From an uncultured Gemmatimonadaceae bacterium (GTDB taxonomy: Bacteria > Gemmatimonadota > Gemmatimonadetes > Gemmatimonadales > GWC2-71-9): 64,000 nucleotides of DNA. The position numbers and the translations under genes are program-made. Where the stretch lies: the NCBI GenBank assembly GCA_964557115.1, contig CAZKYO010000003.1, positions 64,438-128,437 of the forward strand, written 5' to 3'. Of the stretch, positions 29,853 through 37,291 are shown piece after piece. The notes under the pieces are model-generated. The model was not told the origin of the DNA. It searched no databases and was given only the letters and a program-made list of their open reading frames with translations. How positions within the stretch are numbered: the first letter of the stretch is position 1; every line of letters starts with the position of its first letter.

Positions 29853-30344
29853 TTACGGCCGACGCGCCCCGACCGGCGGGCCGTCGCGGCGCTGGTCCTG
29901 CAGGTCGCGCACCCGCTGCAACAGGTTGTCGCGCAAGCGGAGGAACTGGGCACGCTGCACCGGGGTGAGGATCGGTGTCAGGTCACGCATCTCGGACTGG
30001 AACGACTGCGCGTAGGCCACCCGGTTCTGCAACAGCCCATCGACCAGGCGCGTCAGCGAGTCGCTGTCGGCGGCGACGCCGGGACGCAGCTGGCCCTCGA
30101 GGGCCCGGCGGAAGTCGCGCTCCTGGTCCTCGAGCTCGCGTCGCTTGCCGCCCCAGTCGGTCAGCACGCCACCGACCTTGTCCGCCTGCTCCGCCGAGAG
30201 GCCAAGGTCCTGGCGCAGGCGCGTCATGAACACCTGCTCGATCCGCTCGCGGACCGGCGCTGGCCGGCCGGCAACCTGGGCCACGAGCAGCGACGGGGCA
30301 CTGAGCAGTGCGGCCAGCAGCACCGCGCGCGACGTGGTCTTCAT
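29853..30344 (-). CDS. periplasmic Spy/CpxP-family (LTXXQ-motif) protein
   Basis: 163 aa. Signal peptide ending AQ. Two LTXXQ-type motifs (LSAEQ, LTPVQ) in a helical, charged protein. Confidence 0.7.
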   Translation of the reverse strand: MKTTSRAVLLAALLSAPSLLVAQVAGRPAPVRERIEQVFMTRLRQDLGLSAEQADKVGGVLTDWGGKRRELEDQERDFRRALEGQLRPGVAADSDSLTRLVDGLLQNRVAYAQSFQSEMRDLTPILTPVQRAQFLRLRDNLLQRVRDLQDQRRDGPPVGARRP

Positions 30345-30862
30345 GATTCCTCCACTGATTGCAGCAGCTGTTCGAGTTCCGTGTCGGTCAGGTCGCCGAG
30401 CCGCGGCACCGAGCCCAGCGGCTCGACCTCGTCCGGCGCGATCGAGGCAAGCACCACCTCGAGTTCCGAGTCCAGCAGGGCGTCGAGTTCCGGCAGCATC
30501 GTCGGTGCACGCGCGGTCCCCACCGCAACCGCCTCCGGTGCACTCCCTGGCCGCCAGACGATCGCCGTCACCACGACGGCCGCCGCGGCGGCGAGGCCGA
30601 CCACCCAGCGCATCACTGTGCCTCGCCGGGAGGCGATCGGGACGACCCTCACTTCGTCGCGCAGCCGCGCCAGCACCACGGAGGCGATGCGCTCGACGTC
30701 GAGCCCCGACGCTCCCGCCGCACGGGCCAGCACATCCCCCACCAGCGCCAGCTCGCGACGGCAGTCGTCACAGGTGGCCAGGTGACCCTGTTCCTCGGCG
30801 GTCCAGGTGCCGGCGCCGTGCGCGACGTCGGGGATCCGATCGGTGAGATGTCCGTCCATCAT
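30341..30862 (-). CDS. zinc-binding anti-sigma factor (ZAS-type), single-pass membrane
   Basis: 173 aa from ATG 30862, with an ATGA overlap with the sigma stop. HxxxCxxC in GHLATCDDCRREL. TM segment WVVGLAAAAAVVVTAIVW. The track ORF to 31174 is over-extended. Confidence 0.7.
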   Translation of the reverse strand: MMDGHLTDRIPDVAHGAGTWTAEEQGHLATCDDCRRELALVGDVLARAAGASGLDVERIASVVLARLRDEVRVVPIASRRGTVMRWVVGLAAAAAVVVTAIVWRPGSAPEAVAVGTARAPTMLPELDALLDSELEVVLASIAPDEVEPLGSVPRLGDLTDTELEQLLQSVEES

Positions 30863-31398
30863 TCGAGTCGCTCCCGCAGTCGCCGGACTGCGTGGTGGTA
30901 GTGCACCCGTGCCGCACCCTCGGTCGTCTCCAGGGCCGCCGCGACCTCGCGGTAGTCGAGCCCCTGCTCCACCCGGAGGAGGAAGACCTCCCGCTGCATC
31001 GGGGAGAGCGCCGCCAGCCCCTCCCGGATCCTGCCGGCGGTCTCGTCCGCGATCACCTCGGCGGCGGGATCGGCATGGTCCACCCGGTCGCCGGGGCCCA
31101 ATTCGACGTAGACCCGACCACCACCCCGCCGGTACCGGTCGCGCACGAGGTTCATCGCGATCCGGAACAGCCACCCTCGAAACGGGGCGTCGCCGCGCCA
31201 GCCGTCGAGCCCACGAAACGCCCGGAAAAACGTCTCCTGCACCAGGTCGTCACAGTCCGAGATTGCCCCGCGAGACACCAGGAACCGCCCCAGGGGCACC
31301 GCATGCCGCCGCACGAGGGCGGCGGCGGCGGCTTCGTCGCCGCCCCGCCACGCAGCCACGAGCTGCGCGTCGGTCGGATGGTCCGCGGCGACGGTCAT
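30859..31398 (-). CDS. ECF (group IV) RNA polymerase sigma factor
   Basis: 179 aa. Region 2 (DDLVQETFFRAFRGL) and region 4 HTH (QREVFLLRVEQGLDYREVAAAL). Confidence 0.9.
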   Translation of the reverse strand: MTVAADHPTDAQLVAAWRGGDEAAAAALVRRHAVPLGRFLVSRGAISDCDDLVQETFFRAFRGLDGWRGDAPFRGWLFRIAMNLVRDRYRRGGGRVYVELGPGDRVDHADPAAEVIADETAGRIREGLAALSPMQREVFLLRVEQGLDYREVAAALETTEGAARVHYHHAVRRLRERLE

Positions 31399-31437
31399 CG
31401 ATGCAGAGGACGGGGCATGGGCAGATATGTTAAAGCC

Positions 31438-31547
31438 GGAGAACGGAGAACAGAGAACGGAGAACCGAGGGCTGGGCGTTGAATACCGGACGACACCACG
31501 ATCGCCGTTCCCCTCCTCGGTTCTCTGTCCTCAGTTCTCCGTTCTCG
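31438..31547. repeat. heptad hairpin element D: (GGAGAAC)x4 / 44-nt loop / (GTTCTCN)x4
   Basis: Left arm: GGAGAAC GGAGAAC AGAGAAC GGAGAAC CGAGG. Right arm: CCTCG GTTCTCT GTCCTCA GTTCTCC GTTCTCG. Hand pairing gives about 30 of 33 bp (31439-31470 with 31515-31546). Confidence 0.9.
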
Positions 31548-31548
31548 G

Positions 31549-31666
31549 ATTGTTGTTAACAATTCCCACAACACATCGTCTACATTGGTGATAAGACGTG
31601 TGATTTCAGGTGAATTCTGAGTAGTTCACATGGTTTCCACAGCCGCTTCCACCGGACTTTCAACGC
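31549..31666 (+). promoter_or_regulatory. AT-rich island upstream of the GDPD gene with palindromes (probable promoter/operator region)
   Basis: Visibly AT-rich relative to its surroundings. Perfect palindrome TTGTTAACAA (31553-31562). Inverted repeat GTGAA-N10-TTCAC (31610-31629), which contains one GGTGAAT unit, 38 nt upstream of the ATG. Confidence 0.4.
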
Positions 31667-32326
31667 ATGTCGACGACCCAGCTCATCGCCCACCGCGGGG
31701 TAACCAGCCGTGGCATCGAGAATTCCCTCCCCGCCTTCCGGGCGGCTGTGGAAAACACCGCGATCCCGATCGACGGGGTTGAGCTCGATGTCCACACGAC
31801 CGCGGATGGAAAAACCGTCGTTCACCACGACCCGACCCTGCCCTCCGGTCGGAGGATCAATGAGACGGACCTCCAGGGCGTCCGCCAGGAGCGGCTCGCC
31901 GACGGGTCGATGCTCCCGACGCTCCGCGAGGCGCTCGAGGCGATGCCGGGGCTCCGGGTGTACGTGGAGGCGAAGGGCATCACCCCTGCCGGCGACCGCG
32001 ACCTGCTGGGCTCGCTGACCGACCGTCGCTGGCTGCCGCACGTCCAGGTCCACGGGTTCGACCACCGGGTCGTCGCCCGGCTCCTCGCGCAGGCCCCGGG
32101 ACTCCGTGGCGGCGTGTTGTCGAGCAGCTATCCGGTCGATCCGATCGCCCAGGTCACCGCGGCCGGTGCGAGCACCCTCTGGCAGGAAGTCGGGATGGTC
32201 GACGCGGAGCTGGTCCGGCGCTGCCGGGAGGCGGGGATTGCGTTGATCGCCTGGACCGTGAGGACCGCTGACGAGCGGGACCGGTTGGTGGAGCTGGGGG
32301 TGGATGGGGTCTGCGCGGACCTCTAG
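31667..32326 (+). CDS. glycerophosphodiester phosphodiesterase family protein
   Basis: 219 aa. LIAHRG, GVELDVHTTADGKTVVHHD, and a C-terminal GVDGVCAD-type motif. Confidence 0.85.
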   Translation: MSTTQLIAHRGVTSRGIENSLPAFRAAVENTAIPIDGVELDVHTTADGKTVVHHDPTLPSGRRINETDLQGVRQERLADGSMLPTLREALEAMPGLRVYVEAKGITPAGDRDLLGSLTDRRWLPHVQVHGFDHRVVARLLAQAPGLRGGVLSSSYPVDPIAQVTAAGASTLWQEVGMVDAELVRRCREAGIALIAWTVRTADERDRLVELGVDGVCADL

Positions 32327-32417
32327 AGGGTCGCGAATCGAGACCCGAGCTTCGGGGAAGCAGAAAGGGCCGACCCTGATCGGATCGGCCCCCTCGATTC
32401 GCGAATCTCCAGTCTCG
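32326..32417. repeat. heptad-type element F with nested hairpin between convergent GDPD and rpmA (bidirectional terminator candidate)
   Basis: Outer inverted repeat cgcgaatcgag (32332-32342) / ctcgattcgcg (32393-32403). Right arm periodic: CCCCTCG ATTCGCG AATCTCC AGTCTCG. Inner 7-bp hairpin gggccga / tcggccc (32367-32391). Confidence 0.7.
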
Positions 32418-32431
32418 ATCCTTGCCCGCCG

Positions 32432-32686
32432 TCAGGCGGGGTACACCGAGACCTTCATCCGGTTCTTGTCCTTGTGCTCGAACTTCACGACCCCGTCGAT
32501 GTGGGCGTGGAGCGAGTCGTCCTTGGCCAGGAAGACGTTCTTGCCGGGATGGAACTTGGTCCCGCGCTGCTTGACGAGGATCGCGCCCGCGGTCACCCGC
32601 TCGCCGCCGAAGTGCTTGACGCCGAGGTACTGCGGATTGGAATCGCGACCGTTGCGGCTGGAGCCGACGCCCTTCTTGTGTGCCAT
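32432..32686 (-). CDS. rpmA: 50S ribosomal protein L27
   Basis: 84 aa. [24 protein letters not shown]. Confidence 0.97.
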   Translation of the reverse strand: MAHKKGVGSSRNGRDSNPQYLGVKHFGGERVTAGAILVKQRGTKFHPGKNVFLAKDDSLHAHIDGVVKFEHKDKNRMKVSVYPA

Positions 32687-32695
32687 GTCTCTACC

Positions 32696-33013
32696 TCACC
32701 CGACCACGACGTCGGTGATCTTGACCTCGGTGTGCTTCTGCCGATGGCCGGTCTTGCGGCGGTAGTTCTTCCGCCGCTTGAACTTGAACACGTAGATCTT
32801 GTCGTCCTTGCCGTGGCCGACCACCTCGGCGGTGACCTTGGCGCCGGCGACGTTGGGCGTCCCCGCGGTGATCGTGTCGCCGCTGGACGTCAGCAGGACC
32901 TCGTCGAAGGTCAGGGCGTCGCCCGCCTGCTTCCCCTCCATGTAGGGGAGCTGCAGGGTGACGCCCTTCTCCGCGCGGAACTGCTTGCCGAGGGCCTTGA
33001 AGATCGCGTACAT
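32696..33013 (-). CDS. rplU: 50S ribosomal protein L21
   Basis: 105 aa. MYAIFKALGKQFRAEKG...FKFKRRKNYRRKTGHRQ. Confidence 0.97.
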   Translation of the reverse strand: MYAIFKALGKQFRAEKGVTLQLPYMEGKQAGDALTFDEVLLTSSGDTITAGTPNVAGAKVTAEVVGHGKDDKIYVFKFKRRKNYRRKTGHRQKHTEVKITDVVVG

Positions 33014-33054
33014 GTCTCTCTCGCCTCTTGACCGTAATACGGAACCGTAGCCCC

Positions 33055-33062
33055 CAAAAATA
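33055..33062 (-). promoter_or_regulatory. TATTTTTG: Bacteroidetes-type -7 promoter motif (TAnnTTTG) upstream of rplU
   Basis: Minus strand: cTTGcc, 20 nt, TATTTTTG, ending 42 nt upstream of the rplU ATG. This matches the TTTG-N19-21-TAnnTTTG architecture described for Bacteroidetes sigma-A promoters. Confidence 0.4.
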
Positions 33063-33098
33063 GGCAGGGAGCCGATTTAGGGCAAGCCGGGGAAGATC

Positions 33099-33181
33099 GG
33101 AGACTAGCGATTGGAGAATGGCGAGTCGAGGGGACCAGCTGGGCCTGTTCTCGATTCTCCAATCTCGATTCGCCAACCTCG
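33099..33181. repeat. heptad hairpin element E (variant unit GGAGAAT/ATTCTCC) between rng and rplU
   Basis: Left arm: GGAGACT AGCGATT GGAGAAT GGCGAGT CGAGGGG. Loop 13 nt. Right arm: GTTCTCG ATTCTCC AATCTCG ATTCGCC AACCTCG. Pairing is imperfect; the 7-nt periodicity is clear. Confidence 0.7.
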
Positions 33182-33185
33182 GCCC

Positions 33186-34814
33186 CTAGGCTACCGCGTA
33201 CAGCTCCGTCACGTCCCGCCCTGCCGGCCTGGAGACCAGCCGGAACTCGTCGAGCCGAAGCATCGGGTCGTCCCGGAGTTCCAGCTCGACCTCGGCCTCC
33301 CGGCCCAGCGCCTTGACCAGCTTCGGCTCTTCCTCGAGGAGGTAGATCGCCACCTCGGGATGGATCCGGACCGCCAGCTTCCGCTCCTTCTTCTCCAGCC
33401 CCATCCGGCGCAACGCCCGCTCCAGCCTCCGGGTGACCACCTCGGGGGAGAAAACCCGGCCGGTGCCGTGGCAGGTGGGGCAGTCCCGGGTCATCGAGGC
33501 CCAGAGTGACGCCCGGACACGCTGCCGGGTCATTTCCACGAGTCCCAGCTCGGAGACGGCGAAGGCCCGGGTCCGGGCCCGGTCGCGACCCAGATGGGTG
33601 CGCAGTTCCTGGAGGACCCGCTCGCGGTTGCCGCGGGACTCCATGTCGATGAAGTCCACGACGATGATGCCGCCGACATCGCGCAGCCGCACTTGCCGGG
33701 CGATCTCGCGCGCCGCCTCGATGTTGGTCCGGAGGATCGTCTTCTCGGGGTCGCGCTTGCCGGTGTAGCGGCCGGTGTTGACGTCGACCGACACCAGCGC
33801 CTCGGTGGGCTGGATGATGACGTAGCCGCCGGTCGGCAGGTCGACGCGCTGCTTGAAGAGGTCACGGATCTCCGCCTCGATCTTGAAGTGATCGAAGAGC
33901 GGCTGGTCGTCCTCGTAGAAGTGCACCCGGGAGAGCAGCTCGGGGTCGATCTGCTCGAGGTACTGGGTGATCTCGTTCAGGACCTCGCGGGAGTCGACCC
34001 AGAGGCCGTCCACCTTGGCGCTGAAGACGTCGCGGACCAGCGCCCGGGTGAGCGAGGCCTCGCGATGGAGCAGCGCCGGCGCCTTGCGGACGTAGTGCTG
34101 CTTGCGCTTGACCTTGCGCCAGATGGCGAGCAGCGACTCGACCTCCCGGCGGAAGTGCTCCTCGGTGACGCCCTCGGCGACGGTGCGGACGATCATCCCG
34201 CCGGCGTCCGCCGGCAGGTGCTTCGCCACCATCTCGCGGAGCTTCGCGCGCTGCTCGCGGTTCTCGATCTTGCGGGAGACGCCGACCTTGGAGGCGTACG
34301 GCATGTACACCAGGAAACGCCCGGCCAGCGAGATCTGCGCGGTGACCCGCGAGCCCTTGGTGGAGATCGGCTCCTTGGTCACCTGCACCGGCAGCGTCTG
34401 GCCCTTCTTGAGCAGCTCGCCGATGTCGGGCACCGCCCGGCGGGCACCGACCTCGCGCCGGCCACCCTCGCCGCGGCGCTTCGAGGCCGCAGGCGCCTGC
34501 GCCGGTGTGGCGCCTTCCTCCCCCTCGTCGTCGCCTTCTGGCGCATCGGGGATGTCGGCCGGCTCCTCCGGCTCCTCCTCGTCCTCGGGCTCGAGGAGGT
34601 CGGAGGCGTGCAGGAAGGCGGACTTCTCGAGCCCGATGTCGACGAACGCGGCCTGGATCCCGGGGAGGACCGCGTCCACCCGGCCCAGGTAGATGTCGCC
34701 TACGCTACGGCGATTGTCGGGGCGATCGACGAGCAGCTCGACCAGGCGGTCGTCCTCGAGGATCGCGACCCGCGTCTCGCGCGGGGTGCTGGAGATCAGG
34801 ATTTCGCGCTTCAC
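33186..34814 (-). CDS. rng: ribonuclease E/G family endoribonuclease (RNase G-size)
   Basis: 542 aa, GTG start. S1 domain (GDIYLGRVDAVLPGIQAAFVDIG) and catalytic core (GGIIVVDFIDM). An acidic insert is present. Confidence 0.9.
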   Translation of the reverse strand: MKREILISSTPRETRVAILEDDRLVELLVDRPDNRRSVGDIYLGRVDAVLPGIQAAFVDIGLEKSAFLHASDLLEPEDEEEPEEPADIPDAPEGDDEGEEGATPAQAPAASKRRGEGGRREVGARRAVPDIGELLKKGQTLPVQVTKEPISTKGSRVTAQISLAGRFLVYMPYASKVGVSRKIENREQRAKLREMVAKHLPADAGGMIVRTVAEGVTEEHFRREVESLLAIWRKVKRKQHYVRKAPALLHREASLTRALVRDVFSAKVDGLWVDSREVLNEITQYLEQIDPELLSRVHFYEDDQPLFDHFKIEAEIRDLFKQRVDLPTGGYVIIQPTEALVSVDVNTGRYTGKRDPEKTILRTNIEAAREIARQVRLRDVGGIIVVDFIDMESRGNRERVLQELRTHLGRDRARTRAFAVSELGLVEMTRQRVRASLWASMTRDCPTCHGTGRVFSPEVVTRRLERALRRMGLEKKERKLAVRIHPEVAIYLLEEEPKLVKALGREAEVELELRDDPMLRLDEFRLVSRPAGRDVTELYAVA

Positions 34815-35275
34815 GGAGGATCCGAACGGGCGTCAACCCTGGGAAGGGTCTCGGGCCCGATGGCAGGAGGGTTCTGGGTCGCCGCCGAACGGTCGGGGCG
34901 ATTGGCCGCTGCCGGGGGACTCCAGCGCCCGTCCTCGGACGGGCTGGCCTCGCCGACGAGAGCGCCGTCGATCCGGGAACGGGCCGGTCGGCACGGGGCG
35001 CGCGCAAGCACTCGGTGCTGCGCGGGTCCGATGACGAGCCGGGGTTGGCCGGACGATGGGGCTGTCGAGCGGAAATGGGGCGAGGCGAACCGGAGCGGGT
35101 CCCGAAGCGGCAGGGAACCTGCTTTAGGAACGATGCCACCGGCCGGGAGGCTTGGATCCTCCCGACGACACGGCCTGCAATCACCAGCACGACTCCGGGT
35201 GGCATGGTGGAAAGCTATGATCCAAGTGGACTTACGGCAATGTCACCGGACCGATACCGATCCGGGCCAGCTTCC

Positions 35276-35283
35276 TATATTTC
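35276..35283 (+). promoter_or_regulatory. TATATTTC: TAnnTTT-type -10/-7-like motif upstream of the lipoprotein gene
   Basis: CCTATATTTC (35274-35283) is identical to the 10-mer upstream of secG. It lies 32 nt upstream of GTG 35315. Confidence 0.3.
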
Positions 35284-35314
35284 CCGGCAACCCCTCCTCG
35301 CGGAGTCCCCGTCG

Positions 35315-37147
35315 GTGCTGAACCTCCCTGCCCCCAGGCGCCGCCTCGCGTCGCTGCTTCCGGTGCTTTTCGCCGCCCTCGCGGTGGCCTGCGGCAAGGA
35401 CACCGGCACCGAACCGCCGGGACCGCCGAATTCCCTGACGATCGCCGCCGGCAACAACCAGCAGGTCACCGTCGGTGCGGCCGCCCCGGTCGCCCCCAGC
35501 GTCCGGGTGACCGATGCCAACGGCCGCGGCGTGCCGGGGATCTCGGTCCGGTTCGACGTCATGTCCGGCGGCGGCAGCGTCACCGGCGACTCGGTAGTGA
35601 CCGGCTCCGACGGGAGCGCCACGGTCACCGAGTGGCGAATGGGACCCACCCCCGGCGCCAACCAGCTGCGGGCGCAGGCGCTCGGCTACTCGCTGTTCCA
35701 GACCGTCACGGCCACGGCGAAGCCCGGGGCGCCCTCGTCGCTCCAGATCGTCAGCGGCGGCGCCAACCTCAACGCCGTCGTCTCCCAGGAAGTCATCCCG
35801 CGTCCCTCCGTCCGGGTCCGCGACGCCTTCGGCAACCCGGTCCCGGATGCGATCGTGACCTGGTCGGTGACCTCCGGTGGCGGCGCGATCGTCGGCGCGA
35901 ACCAGTCCACGACCGACGCCGAGGGACGCGCGACGATCGGTGGCTGGAAGCTCGGCGATGACCAGGGGACGAACACGCTGCAGGCGAGGACCGCCAACGG
36001 CCTGGCGACCACCTTCACCGGGATGGCGATCGGCACGCCGAGTTCCGTGGCGGCGATCTCGCCGACCACCCAGACCGGCTACATCTCGTTCGCGGTGCCG
36101 AAGACCGCTCGGGTCCGCGTCCTCGGCGCCGACAACGGCCCGGTGGTCGGCCTGCCGGTGATCTTTCGCAAGGTGAGCGGTGGCGGCACGATCACCGGCG
36201 ACACCACCACGACCGACATCAACGGCGACGCGGCGCTGGGCGACTGGCGGCTCGGCGTCGACGGCGCTTCCACGATCGAGGCGATCGTCCCGGGCTATCC
36301 CGGCGGCGCGGTCCAGTTCTCCGCGACCGGGACGGCCACGCCGTTCACGATCGACGTGCGCTTCCTGACCGAGACGCCGGCCGACCTGCGCGACGCCTTC
36401 ATCACCGCGGCACTCCGATGGATGACGGTGATCACCGGCGACCTGCCGAACCAGCCGCTGATCCTCGCCGCAGGCGCCTGCCAGACCGGGCTCTCGCCGG
36501 CGCTCAACGAGACGATCGACGACATGGTCATCTGGGCGTCGATCATCCCGATCGACGGCGTCGGCAACATCCTCGGCCAGGCCGGTCCGTGCGTCGAGCG
36601 GACCGGCAGCGAACTCACTGCCGTCGGCGTCATGCAGTTCGACATCGCCGACGCGCTCAACCTGAGCCAGCATTCGCAATTCAAGGATGTCGTGCTCCAC
36701 GAGATGGGCCACGTCCTCGGCTTCCTCTCGCGACGATTCCAGGACAAGGCGATCGCGACGGGAATCGGCACCAACGATCCCGTCTACACCGGCGCCCAGG
36801 CCGTCGCGGCCTGGCCCTCGCTCGGCATCGCCTACGGCGGCATGCCGATCCCGCTGGAAAACCTCTACGGACAGGGCACACGCGACAGTCACTGGCGCGA
36901 GAGCGTCCTCGGCAACGAGCTGATGACCGGGATCATCGCCTCCGCCGGCGTCACGATGCCCCTCAGCGTGATCTCCGTCGCCGCGATGGCCGACCTGGGC
37001 TACACGGTCAACATGGCCTCCGCCGATCCGTGGATCCCCGCGCTGCTCGCCGCCGCCCCGCAGGCCGGCGCGACACCGATCAACGAGGACGTCCGCGAGG
37101 CGAGGTTCCAGGTGCTTCCGAACGGGACGGTCGTGCCGAAGCCGTAG
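35315..37147 (+). CDS. lipoprotein with three bacterial Ig-like (Big) repeats and a C-terminal leishmanolysin-like (M8) zinc metallopeptidase domain
   Basis: Lipobox LLPVLFAALAVAC-GKD. Three repeats of about 90 aa (..SVRVTDANGRGVPG..V.F.V.SGGGS..G; ..SVRVRDAFGNPVPD..; ..RVRVLGADNGPVVG..). HEMGHVLGF plus downstream DSHWRESVLGNELMTG, typical of M8. The track ORF from 34505 is over-extended; ATG 35240 is an alternative start. Confidence 0.8.
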   Translation: MLNLPAPRRRLASLLPVLFAALAVACGKDTGTEPPGPPNSLTIAAGNNQQVTVGAAAPVAPSVRVTDANGRGVPGISVRFDVMSGGGSVTGDSVVTGSDGSATVTEWRMGPTPGANQLRAQALGYSLFQTVTATAKPGAPSSLQIVSGGANLNAVVSQEVIPRPSVRVRDAFGNPVPDAIVTWSVTSGGGAIVGANQSTTDAEGRATIGGWKLGDDQGTNTLQARTANGLATTFTGMAIGTPSSVAAISPTTQTGYISFAVPKTARVRVLGADNGPVVGLPVIFRKVSGGGTITGDTTTTDINGDAALGDWRLGVDGASTIEAIVPGYPGGAVQFSATGTATPFTIDVRFLTETPADLRDAFITAALRWMTVITGDLPNQPLILAAGACQTGLSPALNETIDDMVIWASIIPIDGVGNILGQAGPCVERTGSELTAVGVMQFDIADALNLSQHSQFKDVVLHEMGHVLGFLSRRFQDKAIATGIGTNDPVYTGAQAVAAWPSLGIAYGGMPIPLENLYGQGTRDSHWRESVLGNELMTGIIASAGVTMPLSVISVAAMADLGYTVNMASADPWIPALLAAAPQAGATPINEDVREARFQVLPNGTVVPKP

Positions 37148-37176
37148 CCCCGCCCTCCCGCGAAGCGGGAGCGGCG
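37148..37176. repeat. 29-nt GC-rich hairpin repeat, copy R1 (between convergent lipoprotein gene and recQ)
   Basis: ccccgccctcccgcgaagcgggagcggcg is identical to 38692-38720. It contains the stem ctcccgc/gcgggag with a GAA loop and begins 1 nt after the TAG at 37145-37147. Confidence 0.85.
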
Positions 37177-37291
37177 CCTGCCCTGAGCGGAGTCGCAGGG
37201 GGGCCTCCGCGGTCGCCTCCGCGCCGACCATGGTCAGGCAGGGCGAGCGAGGAGATCCCGCCACCCTCGTGCGGCGCACTCGGGGGCGGGA

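Noticed and set aside
31488-31511. An ECF-type promoter GGAAC-N14-CGTC (minus strand) inside the loop of element D, upstream of the ECF sigma gene.
   Set aside because: The spacer is about 2 nt shorter than typical ECF promoters (AAC-N16/17-CGT), and it lies more than 85 nt from the ATG. I noted it as a hint only and did not call it a feature.
31599-31630. A CRP-like site TGTGA ... TCACA upstream of the GDPD gene.
   Set aside because: The half-sites are separated by 22 nt rather than 6, so it does not fit the CRP/FNR consensus. The GTGAA-N10-TTCAC dyad is reported instead without assigning a regulator.
35240-35314. ATG 35240 (MSPDRYRSGPASYISRQ...) as the start of the Big/M8 lipoprotein.
   Set aside because: It adds 25 residues that are not signal-peptide-like. 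It would also place the CCTATATTTC promoter-like motif inside the coding region. GTG 35315 gives a canonical n-region plus lipobox. The ATG is retained only as an alternative.
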